Assembly (NCBI GenBank): GCA_030390025.1
Contig: CM059450.1
Span: 16,678,001-16,742,000, forward strand
Length of the DNA stretch: 64,000 nucleotides
Origin: Squalus acanthias
Lineage: Eukaryota
Direction: 5' to 3'
Under the pieces are notes generated by a model. The model made no database searches. It was not told the DNA's origin and saw nothing but the letters and a program-made list of their open reading frames with translations. Positions 50,101 to 61,722 of the stretch are shown here, piece after piece. The first letter of the stretch is position 1, and each line of letters begins with the position of its first letter. The position numbers were made by a program, and so were the translations under genes.

Positions 50101-53100
50101 TTTTTTTTAATGTCTTTTCATGCTTTTGGGGCACAGTATTAATTAACAATAATATCCTTCCCTTTCAAGTAAAGGGTAGGCATCGAGAAGATGTTTCCAC
50201 TTGTGGGGGAGACCAAAACTAGGGGTCATAAGTATAAGATAGTCACTAACAAATCCAATAAGGAACTCAGGAGAAACTTCTTTACCCAGAGAGTGGTGAG
50301 AATGTGGAACTCGATACCACAAGGAGTGGTTGAAGCGAATGGCATTGAAGGGGACTCTAGATAAACACGTGAGGGAGAAAGGAATATAAGGAAATGTTGA
50401 TTGAGTTAGATGAAGAAAGGTGGGAGGAGGCTCGTGTGGCCCAATCGGGCCGAATGGTCTGCTTCTGTGCTGTAAAATACTATAAGTTTTATGTTGTCTC
50501 CCCAAATTAAAGGGTACCAACTTCATTTTTTTAAATGCATTTGCAAGCAAATGAGAAAGTGTTTGTGAAAGATACAGTGACAACTTAAAGAGGAAGGAAA
50601 GTCTAGCGAACTAACTTTAGCATCTGAGTGTTCGGCAGCTGAGGCCAGCTACCTAAGCACAGACTGTGGATTGAATTTGGGAAATTTCTGGCCTGCATGA
50701 GTCATAATCACACCAGGTAGTGCATTCGCTCATTATGCATCAACGTAAAAAAAAAAAAAATCCTTCGTGACTGAAAGGACATTGAAACCTAAGCAGCTAC
50801 AGTCTGTGGAGGGCAAATTCCGTGCCTGACAACTGCTGTGTTAAGGGAGCCCTTCATTCTGCACTTCAAAGGTGGAATGCTGACGTCCCCTCAGGGTCAT
50901 GTTGCCTTACTCAAAACCTCCAACAACTGCAGAAAAAACCCCAGCACTGCTGTTAATGTGACTGCTCTTTAGGAAGGCGGGGGAATTCTGAAGTGAGTAG
51001 GAAGAGCTGTGAGAAGAGAGATAAGGAACATTGGGACAAGGAACTTATTTACTTTTCATTCCTAGTGACCATTTGAAAACCCCCCCCCTGTAATTAATGA
51101 CTTTTTCTGTTCCCACTCAGCAGGTTTTTAAGTAGGGGAATTTCCCGTGGTCCGTCGAATGAAAAGAAATATTCCCATTTTTGTTTGGCAGATTGGTGGC
51201 AGGAATTTCATTACTAGAGACTCTGGTGTTGCTTTTCTTAGAATCACAGAATAATGCAGCACAGAAGGAGGCCATTTGGCCCATTGAGTCTGCGCCAGCT
51301 CTTTTGCAGAGCGATCCAGTCAGTCCAATGTCCCCGCTCGGTCCCCATATCCCTGAATTTTTTTCTCCTTCAAGTATTTATCCAATTCCCTTTTGAAAGT
51401 TACTATTGAATCTCTTTCCACCACTCTATCAGGCAGTGCATTCCAGATCCTAACCACTCGTTGCATAAAAAAGTTTTTCCTCATGTCGCCTCTGGTTCTT
51501 TTGCCAATCAGCTTAAATCTGTGCCCTCTGGTTATCGACTCTTCAGCCATTGGAAACAGTTTCTCTTTTTCTTTACTCTATCAGTGTCAGCCGTGGCTCA
51601 GTTGGTAGCACTCTCGCCTGTGAGTCAGAAGGTTGTGGGTTCAAGTCCCACTCCTGAGACTTGAGCACATAAAATCCAGGCTGACACTCCAGTGCAGTAC
51701 TGAGGGAGTGCCGCACTGTCGGAGGTGCCGTCTTTCGGATGAGACGTTAAACCGAGGCCCCGTCTGGAGGGGAACTTGAAGGTGGTGGTGCTCCCATGCG
51801 TCTGCTGCCCTTGTCCTTCTAGGTGGAAGAGGTAATGATACTGCTCTCTTACTCTCTGCTCCCACTTCCACCGCCTCACTGTTCGCAATACTACCCTTCA
51901 CTCTCCTACAATCAAGAGGAACTGCTTTACCTTTTTCATTAAAAATAGCTATCAGAGGAAATATTCCCGCTGTGTTTACGATATCTGTGTAAAGGGAATT
52001 TACGCTGCGCTTCCGATGAAGTTACGGCGGTAAAAAGTCCAAGGAAATTTAGGGCCCTTTTGTGTGGTGACCACGCCAGTACGACACTAAATCTTAGAGA
52101 AAAATACTTCATTTTTGTCACAGTTGCATTGTCAATAACATTTCAAAAGTTTCACCTTTTTGAAATAACAATTCATTTTACTTTGCCTTAGGAGAACAAG
52201 ACTGGTGCCTGGGCTGTTTGAATGTGGATTGTTTTTGTGTTGGGGAACAGGTAAATATAAAGTTCCATTTCTCAGCGACTGACTCCAAGGTCCTTCTAAT
52301 TGTCTGTATTTCATGGCTGATCATTGGGTGTGATTCACTTTTTAATCTTTTTGATCTTCTGCAACATAAGCCACCCTTGTCCAGGCTGGCAGTAGACAAT
52401 CTGTCCCAGGCCTCCATCAATAGGATTCAATTACCAGATGGTAGGAAGTGTGCCTGGGTAGGCTCTCAAACCTGAATCTATTTCCTTTCTCCCTTTTCTT
52501 CTGCGGATGTGACAAAGCAACAGTTTCAGATCTCAACCAAATGGGGGGGGGCTGGGAGGGAATCACTATTGAATCACTGCTGGGAGATATGCATCGGCCT
52601 GTGTTTGGAGCTAACTATACAATATTACAGCCAGACCTGGGATGGCCTTCACAATAGATGAGGGATACTGTGGGGCTGAATACTTTGTCCTGTGATCATT
52701 TCAGGATACAGAACGGCTAGTCTGAGTCCCATTTCTCTCAGCGGGGAATGATAACTGCTTTGAAAGAAATACTTGCATTTCTATAGCGCCTTTCACAACC
52801 CTCGGACGTCCCAATGTGTTTTACAGCCAATGATGTACTTTTTGAATCGTAGTCACTGTTGGAATATAGGAAACGCAGCAGCCAATTTGCGTACAGCAAG
52901 CTCCCACGAACAGCAATGTGATAATCACCAGATAATGTTTTAGTGATGTTGATTGAGGGATAAATATTGGCCAGGACTCCCCTGCTCCTCTTCAAAATAG
53001 CGCCATGGGATCATTTCCGTCCACCTGAGAGAGCAAACGGGGCCTCAGTTTAACATCTCATCCGAAAGACTGCACCTCGACAGTGCAGCACTCCCTCAGT

Positions 53101-56100
53101 ACTGCACTGGAGTGTCAGCCTAGATTTTTGTGCTCAAGTGTCTGGAGTGGGACTTAGAACCCAGAACCTTCTGTCTCAGGAGGTGAGGGTGCTACCCACT
53201 GAGCCAAAGCTGACATGTACCACACAGTCAAGATGCGTATGAATATCTCCGGGTTGTGGAGGAACCCACTGGCCTACAGTTTGTACACCGATCTTAGTGG
53301 CGCTGTCAGCCCAGCGGAATTAACACATAACCCTTAATGACGTAAGGAGAGAGAAAGCTGTTGAAGGAAGTACAAAATGAGACAAAGGCTATTTTGGTCT
53401 TTCTATCTCTATCACTGATCGCACAATTTACCCAACCCAAATTCTGCACTCTCCTGAAGGAGGCAAACTTAGGTAAACCTTGGAGGACGCATAGCTCTGA
53501 AATTTCTTCCAACCACAAAGGGAACCCTCCCTTCCCCAGCTGCATTCCAAAGTACCAGCAGGTCATGAACCATCCCATTGCATTGATTATTAGCTGTGAC
53601 TGCTGTTCTTTTCCTTAGAATCTTAAAAACCTTACGGTGATATATATTCAGGTAATTTTTAAAGAAGTTACTCAACATAGCATTAACTGCTTTCGGTGGA
53701 AGTGTGTTCTGTTGATTGGTCTTTAGATGTCGGCTTGCACAGCTGATGGCAACATCAAGATAAATTCACCAGTTTAAAAAAAAAAAAATTGGTGAAACTT
53801 AAGAACTCTTTTTTTTTAACCTGGTCGTTCTGACTTCTTGGGGGGCCACTAAACACGTTTTCCGGCAGAAGCAGTATGTTTTGGTAGTGATGTGGCTCAG
53901 TGGGCAGCACCCTCGCCTCTGAGTCTAGAAGGTTGAGGGTTCACGTCCCACTCCAGGGACTTGAGCACAAAATTCTAGGCTGACACTCCAGTGCAGTACT
54001 GAGGGAGTGCTGCACTGTCGGAGGTGCCGTCTTTTGGATGAGACGTTAAACCGAGGCTCCCTCTGCCCTCAGGCGGACGTAAAATATCCCATGGCGCTAT
54101 TTTGAAGAAGATCCGGGGATTTATCTCTGATGTTCTGACCAACATTTATCCCCACACCAACATCGCTAAAACATCATCACATTGCTGTTTGTGGGAGCTT
54201 GCTGTGCGCAAATTGGCTGCCGCGTTTCCTACCTTACAACAGTGACCACTCTTCAATACAAAAAAAATGACTTCATTGGCTGTAAAGTGCTTTGGGCGTC
54301 CTGAGGTTGTGAAAGACACAAATTAATTGCAAATCCTTTCTTCTATCTTTCATTACTCAACATCATCAGGCACACATGCAGCTATTCTTTCTGTGGGCAT
54401 GACATCACTACCTCAGTTGGCCAAAACGGCACGACCAGATTGCACATGTATGGAATAGTGAGTTCCATAGTGCAGCCAGTTTGTAGAGGGAGAGGTCTCA
54501 GTTAGTTAGCTTGCTTGCCCAAGGCCCAGGCTGCAGCATTAACGTAGCTAATCTCTCCCACTCCCTCTCTCTTCCTCTTTCCCTGCCTTTCACTTTCTTT
54601 GTTGTAGTACAGGCAGCCAAGGAATATAAGAACATAAGAAATAAGAGCAGGAGTAGGCCATTTGGCCCTTCGAGCCTGCTTCGCCATTCAATAAGATCAT
54701 GGCTGATCTTCGACCTCAACTCCATCTTCCTGCACTATCCCTCATATCCCTTGATTCCCTTAATATCCAAAAATCTATCGATCTCTGTCTTGAATATACT
54801 CAGCGACTGAGCCTCCACAGCCCTCTGGGGTAGAGAATTCCAAAGATTCACCACCCTCTGAGTGAAGAAATTTCTCCTCATCTCAGTCCTAAATGGCCGA
54901 CCCCTTATTCTGAGACTGTGACCCCTGGTTCTAGACTCCCCAGCCAGGGGAAACATCCTCCCAGCATCTACCCTGTCAAGCCCTGTAAGAATTGTATATA
55001 TTTCAATGAGATCACCTCTCATTCTTCTAAACTCTAGGGAATATAGTCCTAGTCTCCTCAATCTCTCATCAATAAATAAATAAATATATATATAACCATT
55101 AATAGATGTGGTGATATACTGTGATTAAAGTGAAGAGGTCACTGAACAATACATCCAGGCCCTTTTTGATTCTGGTAGCGGATAGGCCATTCAGCCCCCT
55201 GCTCTACCATTCCATTAGATCATTGCTGATCTGTACCTCAATTCTATTTACCCACCTTTGACCCATATCCCTTGATACCCTTACTTAATAAAGATCTGTC
55301 GATCTCAATCTTGAAATTTTCAATTGACTCAGCATCCACAATCTTTTCATAATATCATATGATACTGCACAGAGGAGGACATTTGGCCCATCGTGCCTGT
55401 GCCGGCTCTTTGGTAGAGCTATCCGATTAGTCCCACCCCCTGCTCTTTCCCCATAGCCCTGTAAATTGTTTCCCTTCAAGTATTTATCTAATTCTCTTCT
55501 GAAAGCTACTATTGAATCTGCTTCCTTCAGGCAGTGCATTCCAGATCACACCAACTCACTGTAAAAAAAAAAAATATGTTTCCTCATGTCGCCTCTGGTT
55601 CTTTTGCCATCCACCTTAAATCTGTGTCCTCTGGTTACCGACTCTCCTGCCACTGGAAACAGTTTCTCCTTATTTACTGTATCAAAATCGTTCATGATTT
55701 TGAACAGCTGTATCAAATCTCCTCTTAACCTTCTCTGCTCCAAGGAGAACAACCTCAGCTTCGCCAGTCTCTCCACTTAACAAAAAATACAAAAGCAAAA
55801 TACTGCGGATGCTGGAAATCTGAAATAAAAACACAAAATGCTGGAAATGCTCAGCAGGTCAGGCAGCATCTGTGGAGCGAGAAACAGAGTTAACGTTTCA
55901 GGTCGACGACCCTTCGTCAGAACTGGGAAAAAGCTGGAGATGGAACAGGTTTTTAAGCAAGTGCAGGGGCAGGGAAAGGGGGGGGGAGGGGAGGAAAGAA
56001 CAAAAGGGAAGGTCTGTGATAGGATGGAAGGCAGGAGAGATTAAGAGACATTAAGAGATGGTGCAAGGCAAAAGGAGATGGTAATGGGACAAGTTAAGAA

Positions 56101-59100
56101 ACAAAAGATGGCTCTAGATGGAAGGCATACTTCTCTGTTAAAATTCATGCGTCCGTCCATTTCACCAGTCTGTCTGTGACCTCATGAAGTCTGTTACTGT
56201 CCTCATCGTTCACTACATTTCCGAGTTTCAGATCATCTGCAAACTGAACTCTCAGGTGTTCTTTATTTTCTTTCCCCCTAGTTTCTTTGTCTACCCTCAC
56301 GGTTCCAGGAATTGTCGGGGAAAGTGCCCTCCTGTCTTGTGTAAATAGATCTGTGGGAAAAAGTGCTGACGATGGGATACGTGTGTACTGGCAGACGGCT
56401 GACCAGTACGTACACGCCTTTTACTCGGGGCAAGAACAAGCTAACTGGAGTTACGGCGACAGAGCAAAACTTTTTACAGAAGAATTTAAAGGCGGCAACT
56501 TTTCCCTCCTCTTGTCTGACCTCCGAATGAGTGACGATGCTGAGTATACCTGCCTCATTCAGGTGAAACAGTCGACTTTGCAGTATGATGTGGTTCTATC
56601 TGTTCTAGTAACATTGCAAGTAGCAGGTAAAGTTTTCCTTTCTCTGTCCCCTTATTTTTAAATGTTGCTGTTGTAACAGGGGTGGGGACAAGTGGATAGA
56701 GAGGTTTACTCTGTTTTATGGAAGAGTGACCTTACTTAGTGTCAGCTGAGGCTCAATTGGGAGCACTCTCGCCTCACCACCACCTTCTCAAGGGCAATCA
56801 GGGATGGGCAATAAATGCTGGCCTTGCCAGTGACGCCAACATCCCATTTAAAAAAAAAAAGAAGGTTGTGGGGTTCAAGTCCCTCTCCAGAGACTTGAAC
56901 ACAACAAAAACTAGGCTGACACTCCAGGGCAGTACTGAGGGAATGCTGCACTGTCGGAGGTGCCGTCTTTCGGATGAGACGTTAAACCGAAGCCCCGTCT
57001 GCCCCCTCAGGTGGACGTAAAAGATCCCATGATGCTATTTCGAAGAAGAACAGGGGAGTTATCCCTGGTGTCCTGGCCAATATTTATCCCTCAATCGACA
57101 TCACTGAAAACAGATTATCTGGTGATTATCACATTGTTGTTTGTGGGAGCTTGCTGTGCGCAAATTGGCTGCCGTGTTTCCCACATTACAACAGTGACGA
57201 CACTTCAAAAGTACCTCATTGGCTGTAAAGCGCTTTGGGATGTCCTGAATTTGTGAAAGGCGCTATATAAATGCAAGTCTTTTTTTCTTTTCTTGAGGTC
57301 TTCTACATTCGGGTTAATAGTTGCAACTGACTAGCTCCCTGATAGCTTAGGCATTATAATGCACAGCACACTGTGGTACTGAGATCAGGCAGTGCAGCAC
57401 AGAACTCCAGGTTTGAATACTGGCCCATGATGTGTTAAATAGGAACAGAAGTAGGGCCATACAGCACCTCGAGCAAATGTTTCTCTTAATATTCATTCTC
57501 AGGATGTGGGCGTTGCTGATATTTATTGCCCATCCCAAGTTGCCCATTTGACGCAACTTGTGGTAAAGTGCACTTAAACTTCAAATAGATGTTCTAATAA
57601 CCTCCTCTGTGAATCAAGTGTCTCCTAACTTCCCCCAGTGTTCATCTAGTGATAATCCTGTGCCCGCCTGGTAATAATGTCTCTTTTGAAAGTTACTATT
57701 GAATCTGGTTCCACCACCCTTTCAGGCAGCGCATTCCAAATCACAACAAATCGGTGCGTTAAAAAAAAAATCTTTTCTCATGTCTCCTCTGGTTCTTTTT
57801 GCCTATCACCTTAAATCTGTGTCCTCTGGTTACCGACCCTTCTGCCACTGGAAACAGTTTCTCCTTCTTTACTCTATCAAAACCGTTTGTGATTTTGAAC
57901 ACCTCTATCAAATCTCCTCTTAACCTTCTCTGCTCTAAGGAGAACAACCCCAGCTTCTCCAGTCTCACCACGTAACTGAAGTCCCTCATCCCTGGAACCA
58001 TTCTAGTAAATCTCCTCTGCACCCTCTCTAAGGCCTTCACATCCTTCCTAAATTGTGGGGCCCAGAATTGAACACAATACTCCAGCTGAGGCCTAACCAG
58101 TGTTTTATAAAGGTTTAGCATTTGTACTCTTTTCCTCTATTAATAAAGCTTAATATCTCTGTTGTAGGAAATGCAGCAGCCAATTTGTGTACAGCAAGAT
58201 CCCATAAACAGCAATGAGATGATGACCAGATAATCTGTTTTAGTGACGTTTGTTGAAGGATAAATATTGGCTCCAGGACACCAGGGATAACTCCCCTGCT
58301 TTTTTTACGTCCACCTGAGAGGGTAGACGTGGCCTTGGTTTAACGTCTCATCCAAAAGACAGCACCTCTGACGGTGCAGCACTCCCTCAGTACTTCATTG
58401 AAGTGTTAGCCTGGATTTTGTGGTCAAGTCCCTGGAGTGGGACTTGAACCCACAACCTTCTGACTCGGGGCTGACACTGGATGAGGCCCATGGCCCCATT
58501 GGCAGTTTGCTATGTTCCCTTCAGTTTGTCAGGTCAGGCCCGTCAGCTGTGGCTCAGTGCTAGAACTCTCCCTCTGAGTGCTTTCCATTGACTTCATTCC
58601 CTTCTATTGCCCATTTTATGCCGGTGACAGTTTCTACCGACTTTCTCTCACTTCTGACCTGTGATGATAAGACCTCACTAGCGTCAGGTACAAGACATGA
58701 AGTGGACCAATCCACTACATCGGGGCAACTTCTCTGGTGAGCATATTATAGCTTAGGATCTGTCTGGTTTGAATTAATAAATGGATAGCGCAAAAAGAAA
58801 ATGAATAATTGGAAAACCTGGAGCATCAGCTCTGGACAGCACTCAGCGCTTGAGTTTGGAGCTTGGGGATGGAGATCCAGGGCCAGGATGTCTATCCCGA
58901 GCTCAGCTGACAACATGTGCAATGTGTTAAATTCAATTAGGGGGATAACTTCCTATTCTGTCCGTTGGGAGTGACACAATTACCGTCTTAGAGTTAAAAA
59001 AAAAATACATTCATAGGATGTGGGCATTGCTGGCAAGGCCAGCATTTATTGCCCAGCCCGAATTGCCCTTAACTGAGTGGGTTGCTTTGCCATTTCAGAG

Positions 59101-61722
59101 GGCAGTTAAGAGTCAACCATGTTGGTGTGGTTCTGGAGTTACATATAGGCCAGACCAGGTAAGGACGGCAGATTTCCTTCCCTAAAGGACATTAGTGAAC
59201 CAGATGGGTTTTTACAACAACCCAGTAGTTTCATGGTCAATACTGATACTAGCTTTTTATTCCAGATTTATTTATTAACTGAATTTAAATTCCCCCAGCT
59301 GTCGTGGTGGGATTTGAACTGATGTCTCTGGATAATGAATCCAAGCCTCTGGATTACTCGTCCAGTAACATAACCACTATGCAACCGTTCCCTAAGTAAG
59401 GGTTGAAGCTGACCATTGAACTCTGCAACTAACCTCTGGTCTTTATTTTCCATTCGGTTGGGAATTTTAGCCCGCTACACCAAGCCAGTATTGACTGCAA
59501 CACCACAGCCGAGAGACCTGGATCGTGGAGACTTTGTGACACTGATATGCTCCTCATGGGGTGGCTATCCAGAACCAATTGTACACTGGACTGATAGTAT
59601 TCCGAACATCCTTAATGAAAACAGTACAGTCGACAATCACATCAATTGTTCCAGAAAGGAACTGTGCAACATTACCTCCATCCTTCGGATCCAAGGAACA
59701 TTACACTCCATTACTTGCTCCATATACAATCCCAAGCTCCGGGAGAATAAAACTGCAACATTATTTTGGAGTGAGTAAAATTAAATAATACATCCTTCCC
59801 CTTGGTGGGGGGGGCGGGGGGACCAAGTAGAGGCGGCCAGCTTTTCATAATTTGGAGTACCTGATATATTGAGATTCCGTTTCACAGCCAATGGCAACCC
59901 AACTGTACTGTTCTTCACATGAGCCTGGCTACAGCAAGTGTCAATATTATTTGAGCTTGGAGGGACATCAGAGGGAAATCTGATCCTGTATTCATAGAAT
60001 CATAGAAATTTATGGCACAGAAGGAGGCCATTCGGCCCATCGTGTCTGTGCTGGCCAAAAAAGAGCTATCCCAGCCTAATCCCACTTTCCAGCTCTTGGT
60101 CCGTAGCCCTGTAGGTTACCGCACTTCCAAAAAAATTATTCATTGTACAAAGCACTTTGAGACATTTTGACAGCGTGATATAAATGCAGGTATTATTGAT
60201 TTACTTATTTGCAGTTTAGCAGCCCAGCTCGTAAGGCCAGAATTTACTGTTGCCGGGGAACGGTTAGACTTGCCCTTACCCGTTTAATTCCCATGAGACT
60301 TTGCGCTGCAAGTTGCTGTAACTGAGAAGGAAACAGCGCGGCGCCCTCTACGGGCCACCTGGGACAGATGCGAATGGGGCAAGCAACTGTGTATCTCCTT
60401 AACCAATCAGACTGAAGTATTGTGAAATGAACAGTGCGGATTCTGAACCAGAATTGTCCGTTAGAATAGTGAATGCAATGTCGGATCAGGTACAGGAAGC
60501 GGAATAAATGAGGGAAGGAAAGATGGGATTAAACGAGAGAGAAAAAAAGAGACAGAAAGAAAAGGTCAACAAATATGTAATTTTAATTCTTATTTAAAAA
60601 ACAATTAAAAGCTGAAGGAGTGAGACTCCATACTTGTAATAGTTAATTTTCAGTGCCGGAGAGGTTGTTTGGCAGTAATTAAGCCTGATCATGCCATTAA
60701 AACATAGAAACATAGAAGATAGGAGCAGGAGTAGGCCATTTGGCCCCTCGAACCTGTTCCGCCATTTAATGAGATCATGGCTGATCATCCAAATTCAGTA
60801 CCCTGTCCCTGCCTTCTCCCCATATCCCTTGATCCCTTTAGCCTTAAGAAATATATCTATCTCCTTCTTGAATATATTTAATGAATCGGCCTCAACTGCC
60901 TTCTGTGGTAGAGAATTCCACAGGATCACCACTCTCTGGGTGAAGAAATTCCTCCTCATCTCAGTCCTAAATGGCTTATCCCTTATCCTTAGACTGTGAC
61001 CCCTGGTTCTGGACTCCCCCGCCATCGGGAACATCCTTCCTGCATCTAGTCTGTCTAGTCCTGTTAGAATTTTATAGGGGTACTTAGACTGAAATGGACA
61101 AGCCCTAAATTTCTGCGGTGAGTTTAGTTTGTATCTAACATGCAAGTACAGGAACTTCACGCCATTCAACGCATTTGAATGGGGAGCCAGACAGCGAGAT
61201 GCCGTTTATGCGAAGCTAACGGCGCCGCACCTCAGACAGTAACTTCTGGGTTTTCGTGTTTAACCGAGCATCTGCCCTCGCCTCAAGTTGCTGTGTGATT
61301 GGCGCGTAAATAACAATGAGTGCCGTTAGCTTCACTGTTATTTTGACTGTAAATTCCGGCCCATAATTTACTAGTCACGGCTGCTGTGCATTCTTGTTGC
61401 ATTAGTCTTTGTAGCATTAAAAGCAATCTAGAATCACAAGTGTAAAACCTTCTGTACTACTCACTGCATACCCTGTATCTCCAAACATTGTGCACATAAT
61501 GGGATAAGAAAATTAATTGATTTCTGTTTGCAATTCTTGCGTAGATATCCCACTAATGTTTCTGTATTTGGACAGATTTCTCGGAAAAGAAGGAGATCGT
61601 TGACCCCAGCTGTGGCAAACATCATGGATGGATTGCGCCAATAGTCTTCGTTGCACTAGTCGGTGTGGTTTCAGTGGCAATTTACATTTCCTGGAAGTGT
61701 TTCCCCAGGTCTTTACTGAGAG
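47135..61722 (+). CDS. B7-family Ig-superfamily co-signalling ligand (ICOSLG/CD86/CD276-like); join(47135-47163,52192-52250,56282-56626,59471-59770,61576-61722,...); last exon unresolved
   Basis: Phase-compatible GT-AG exons encode the leader MDPGCRRAFRRTRLVPGLFECGLFLCWGT, an IgV domain (LSC...RVYWQ...GNFSLLLSDLRMSDDAEYTC...VTLQVAA), a B7-type IgC domain (YTKP...TLICSSWGGYPEPIVHW...ITC.IYN) and a TM helix. Confidence 0.85.
47700..48175 (+). mobile_element. 3' end of another CR1-group LINE family (also 25615-26120, 56775-56860, 59000-59390)
   Basis: Recurrent WNSLP-coding end followed by GGCTCACCACCACCTTCTCAAGGGCA..GGGATGGGCAATAAATGC and an A-rich tail. Confidence 0.6.
47934..48097. mobile_element. 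small hAT MITE (same family as 34209-34348) inside a LINE 3' end
   Basis: TIR CAACGTTCCC/GGGAACATTG with perfect 8-bp TSD CTCACCAC. Confidence 0.88.
49380..50075 (-). mobile_element. Penelope-like element 3' portion (GIY-YIG endonuclease end and 3' terminus) with a short inverted terminal piece
   Basis: YIGETKRRLGDRFAEHLRSV...PVACHFN...EQHLIFRLGTLQPSGLNIEF*. Confidence 0.9.
52192..52250 (+). CDS. B7-like leader exon 2 (RTRLVPGLFECGLFLCWGT)
   Basis: ttcattttactttgccttag|G...ACA G|GTAAAT; phase 2 in and phase 1 out, bridging exon 1 to the IgV exon exactly. Confidence 0.7.
52760..54345. mobile_element. two Deu-domain SINE copies (52760-53215 -, 53890-54345 +); partial copy at 51583-51765
   Basis: Same consensus as 21634-22065. 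Confidence 0.8.
54625..55780 (-). mobile_element. cluster of CR1 3' fragments (others at 48635-48865, 50170-50480, 51240-51580, 57680-58150, 59995-60130, 63755-63975)
   Basis: Repeated CR1 ORF2 C-terminal motifs and 3'UTR. Confidence 0.85.
55790..56125 (-). mobile_element. Penelope-like element 3' terminus
   Basis: Homologous to 49380-49640; related pieces at 23540-23670, 33305-33380, 35170-35610, 48530-48620 and 43858-44053. Confidence 0.8.
55888..55924 (-). ncRNA. minimal type-I hammerhead ribozyme motif within a Penelope terminus
   Basis: AGUU-CUGACGA-AGGGUCGUCGACCU-GAAACGUU-AACU: intact core, helix II, ACGU palindrome in place of helix III, and AGUU/AACU helix I. Confidence 0.65.
56282..56626 (+). 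CDS. B7-like IgV exon
   Basis: Strong polypyrimidine acceptor and 345 nt phase 1-1 exon with canonical B-strand Cys, C-strand Trp and DxAxYxC. Confidence 0.93.
56738..58478. mobile_element. two Deu-domain SINE copies (56738-57290 +, 58150-58478 -)
   Basis: Same consensus as 21634-22065. Confidence 0.8.
59471..59770 (+). CDS. B7-like IgC (CD80-like C-set) exon
   Basis: ttttag|CC CGC TAC...TGG A|GTGAGT; 300 nt phase 1-1 exon with the CSSxGGYPEP.V.W motif. Confidence 0.93.
60234..61362. mobile_element. MITE (Harbinger-like TIRs) with nested CR1 fragment 60702-61076
   Basis: Ends are AGGCCAGAATTTAC and GTAAATTCCGGCCC; flanks GTA/ATA. Confidence 0.7.
61576..61722 (+). CDS. B7-like stalk/transmembrane exon
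   Basis: ggacag|AT TTC...AGA G|GTAAGT; encodes NFSEKKEIVDPSCGKHHGWIAPIVFVALVGVVSVAIYISWKCFPRSLLR. Confidence 0.88.

Noticed and set aside
53361-53472. Hydrophobic stretch (AILVFLSLSLIAQ) as the B7 signal-peptide exon
   Set aside because: No convincing acceptor; exon 52192-52250 fits both phases and has canonical splice sites
58660-58740. C/D snoRNA (GTGATGA box C)
   Set aside because: No properly placed CTGA box D or terminal stem
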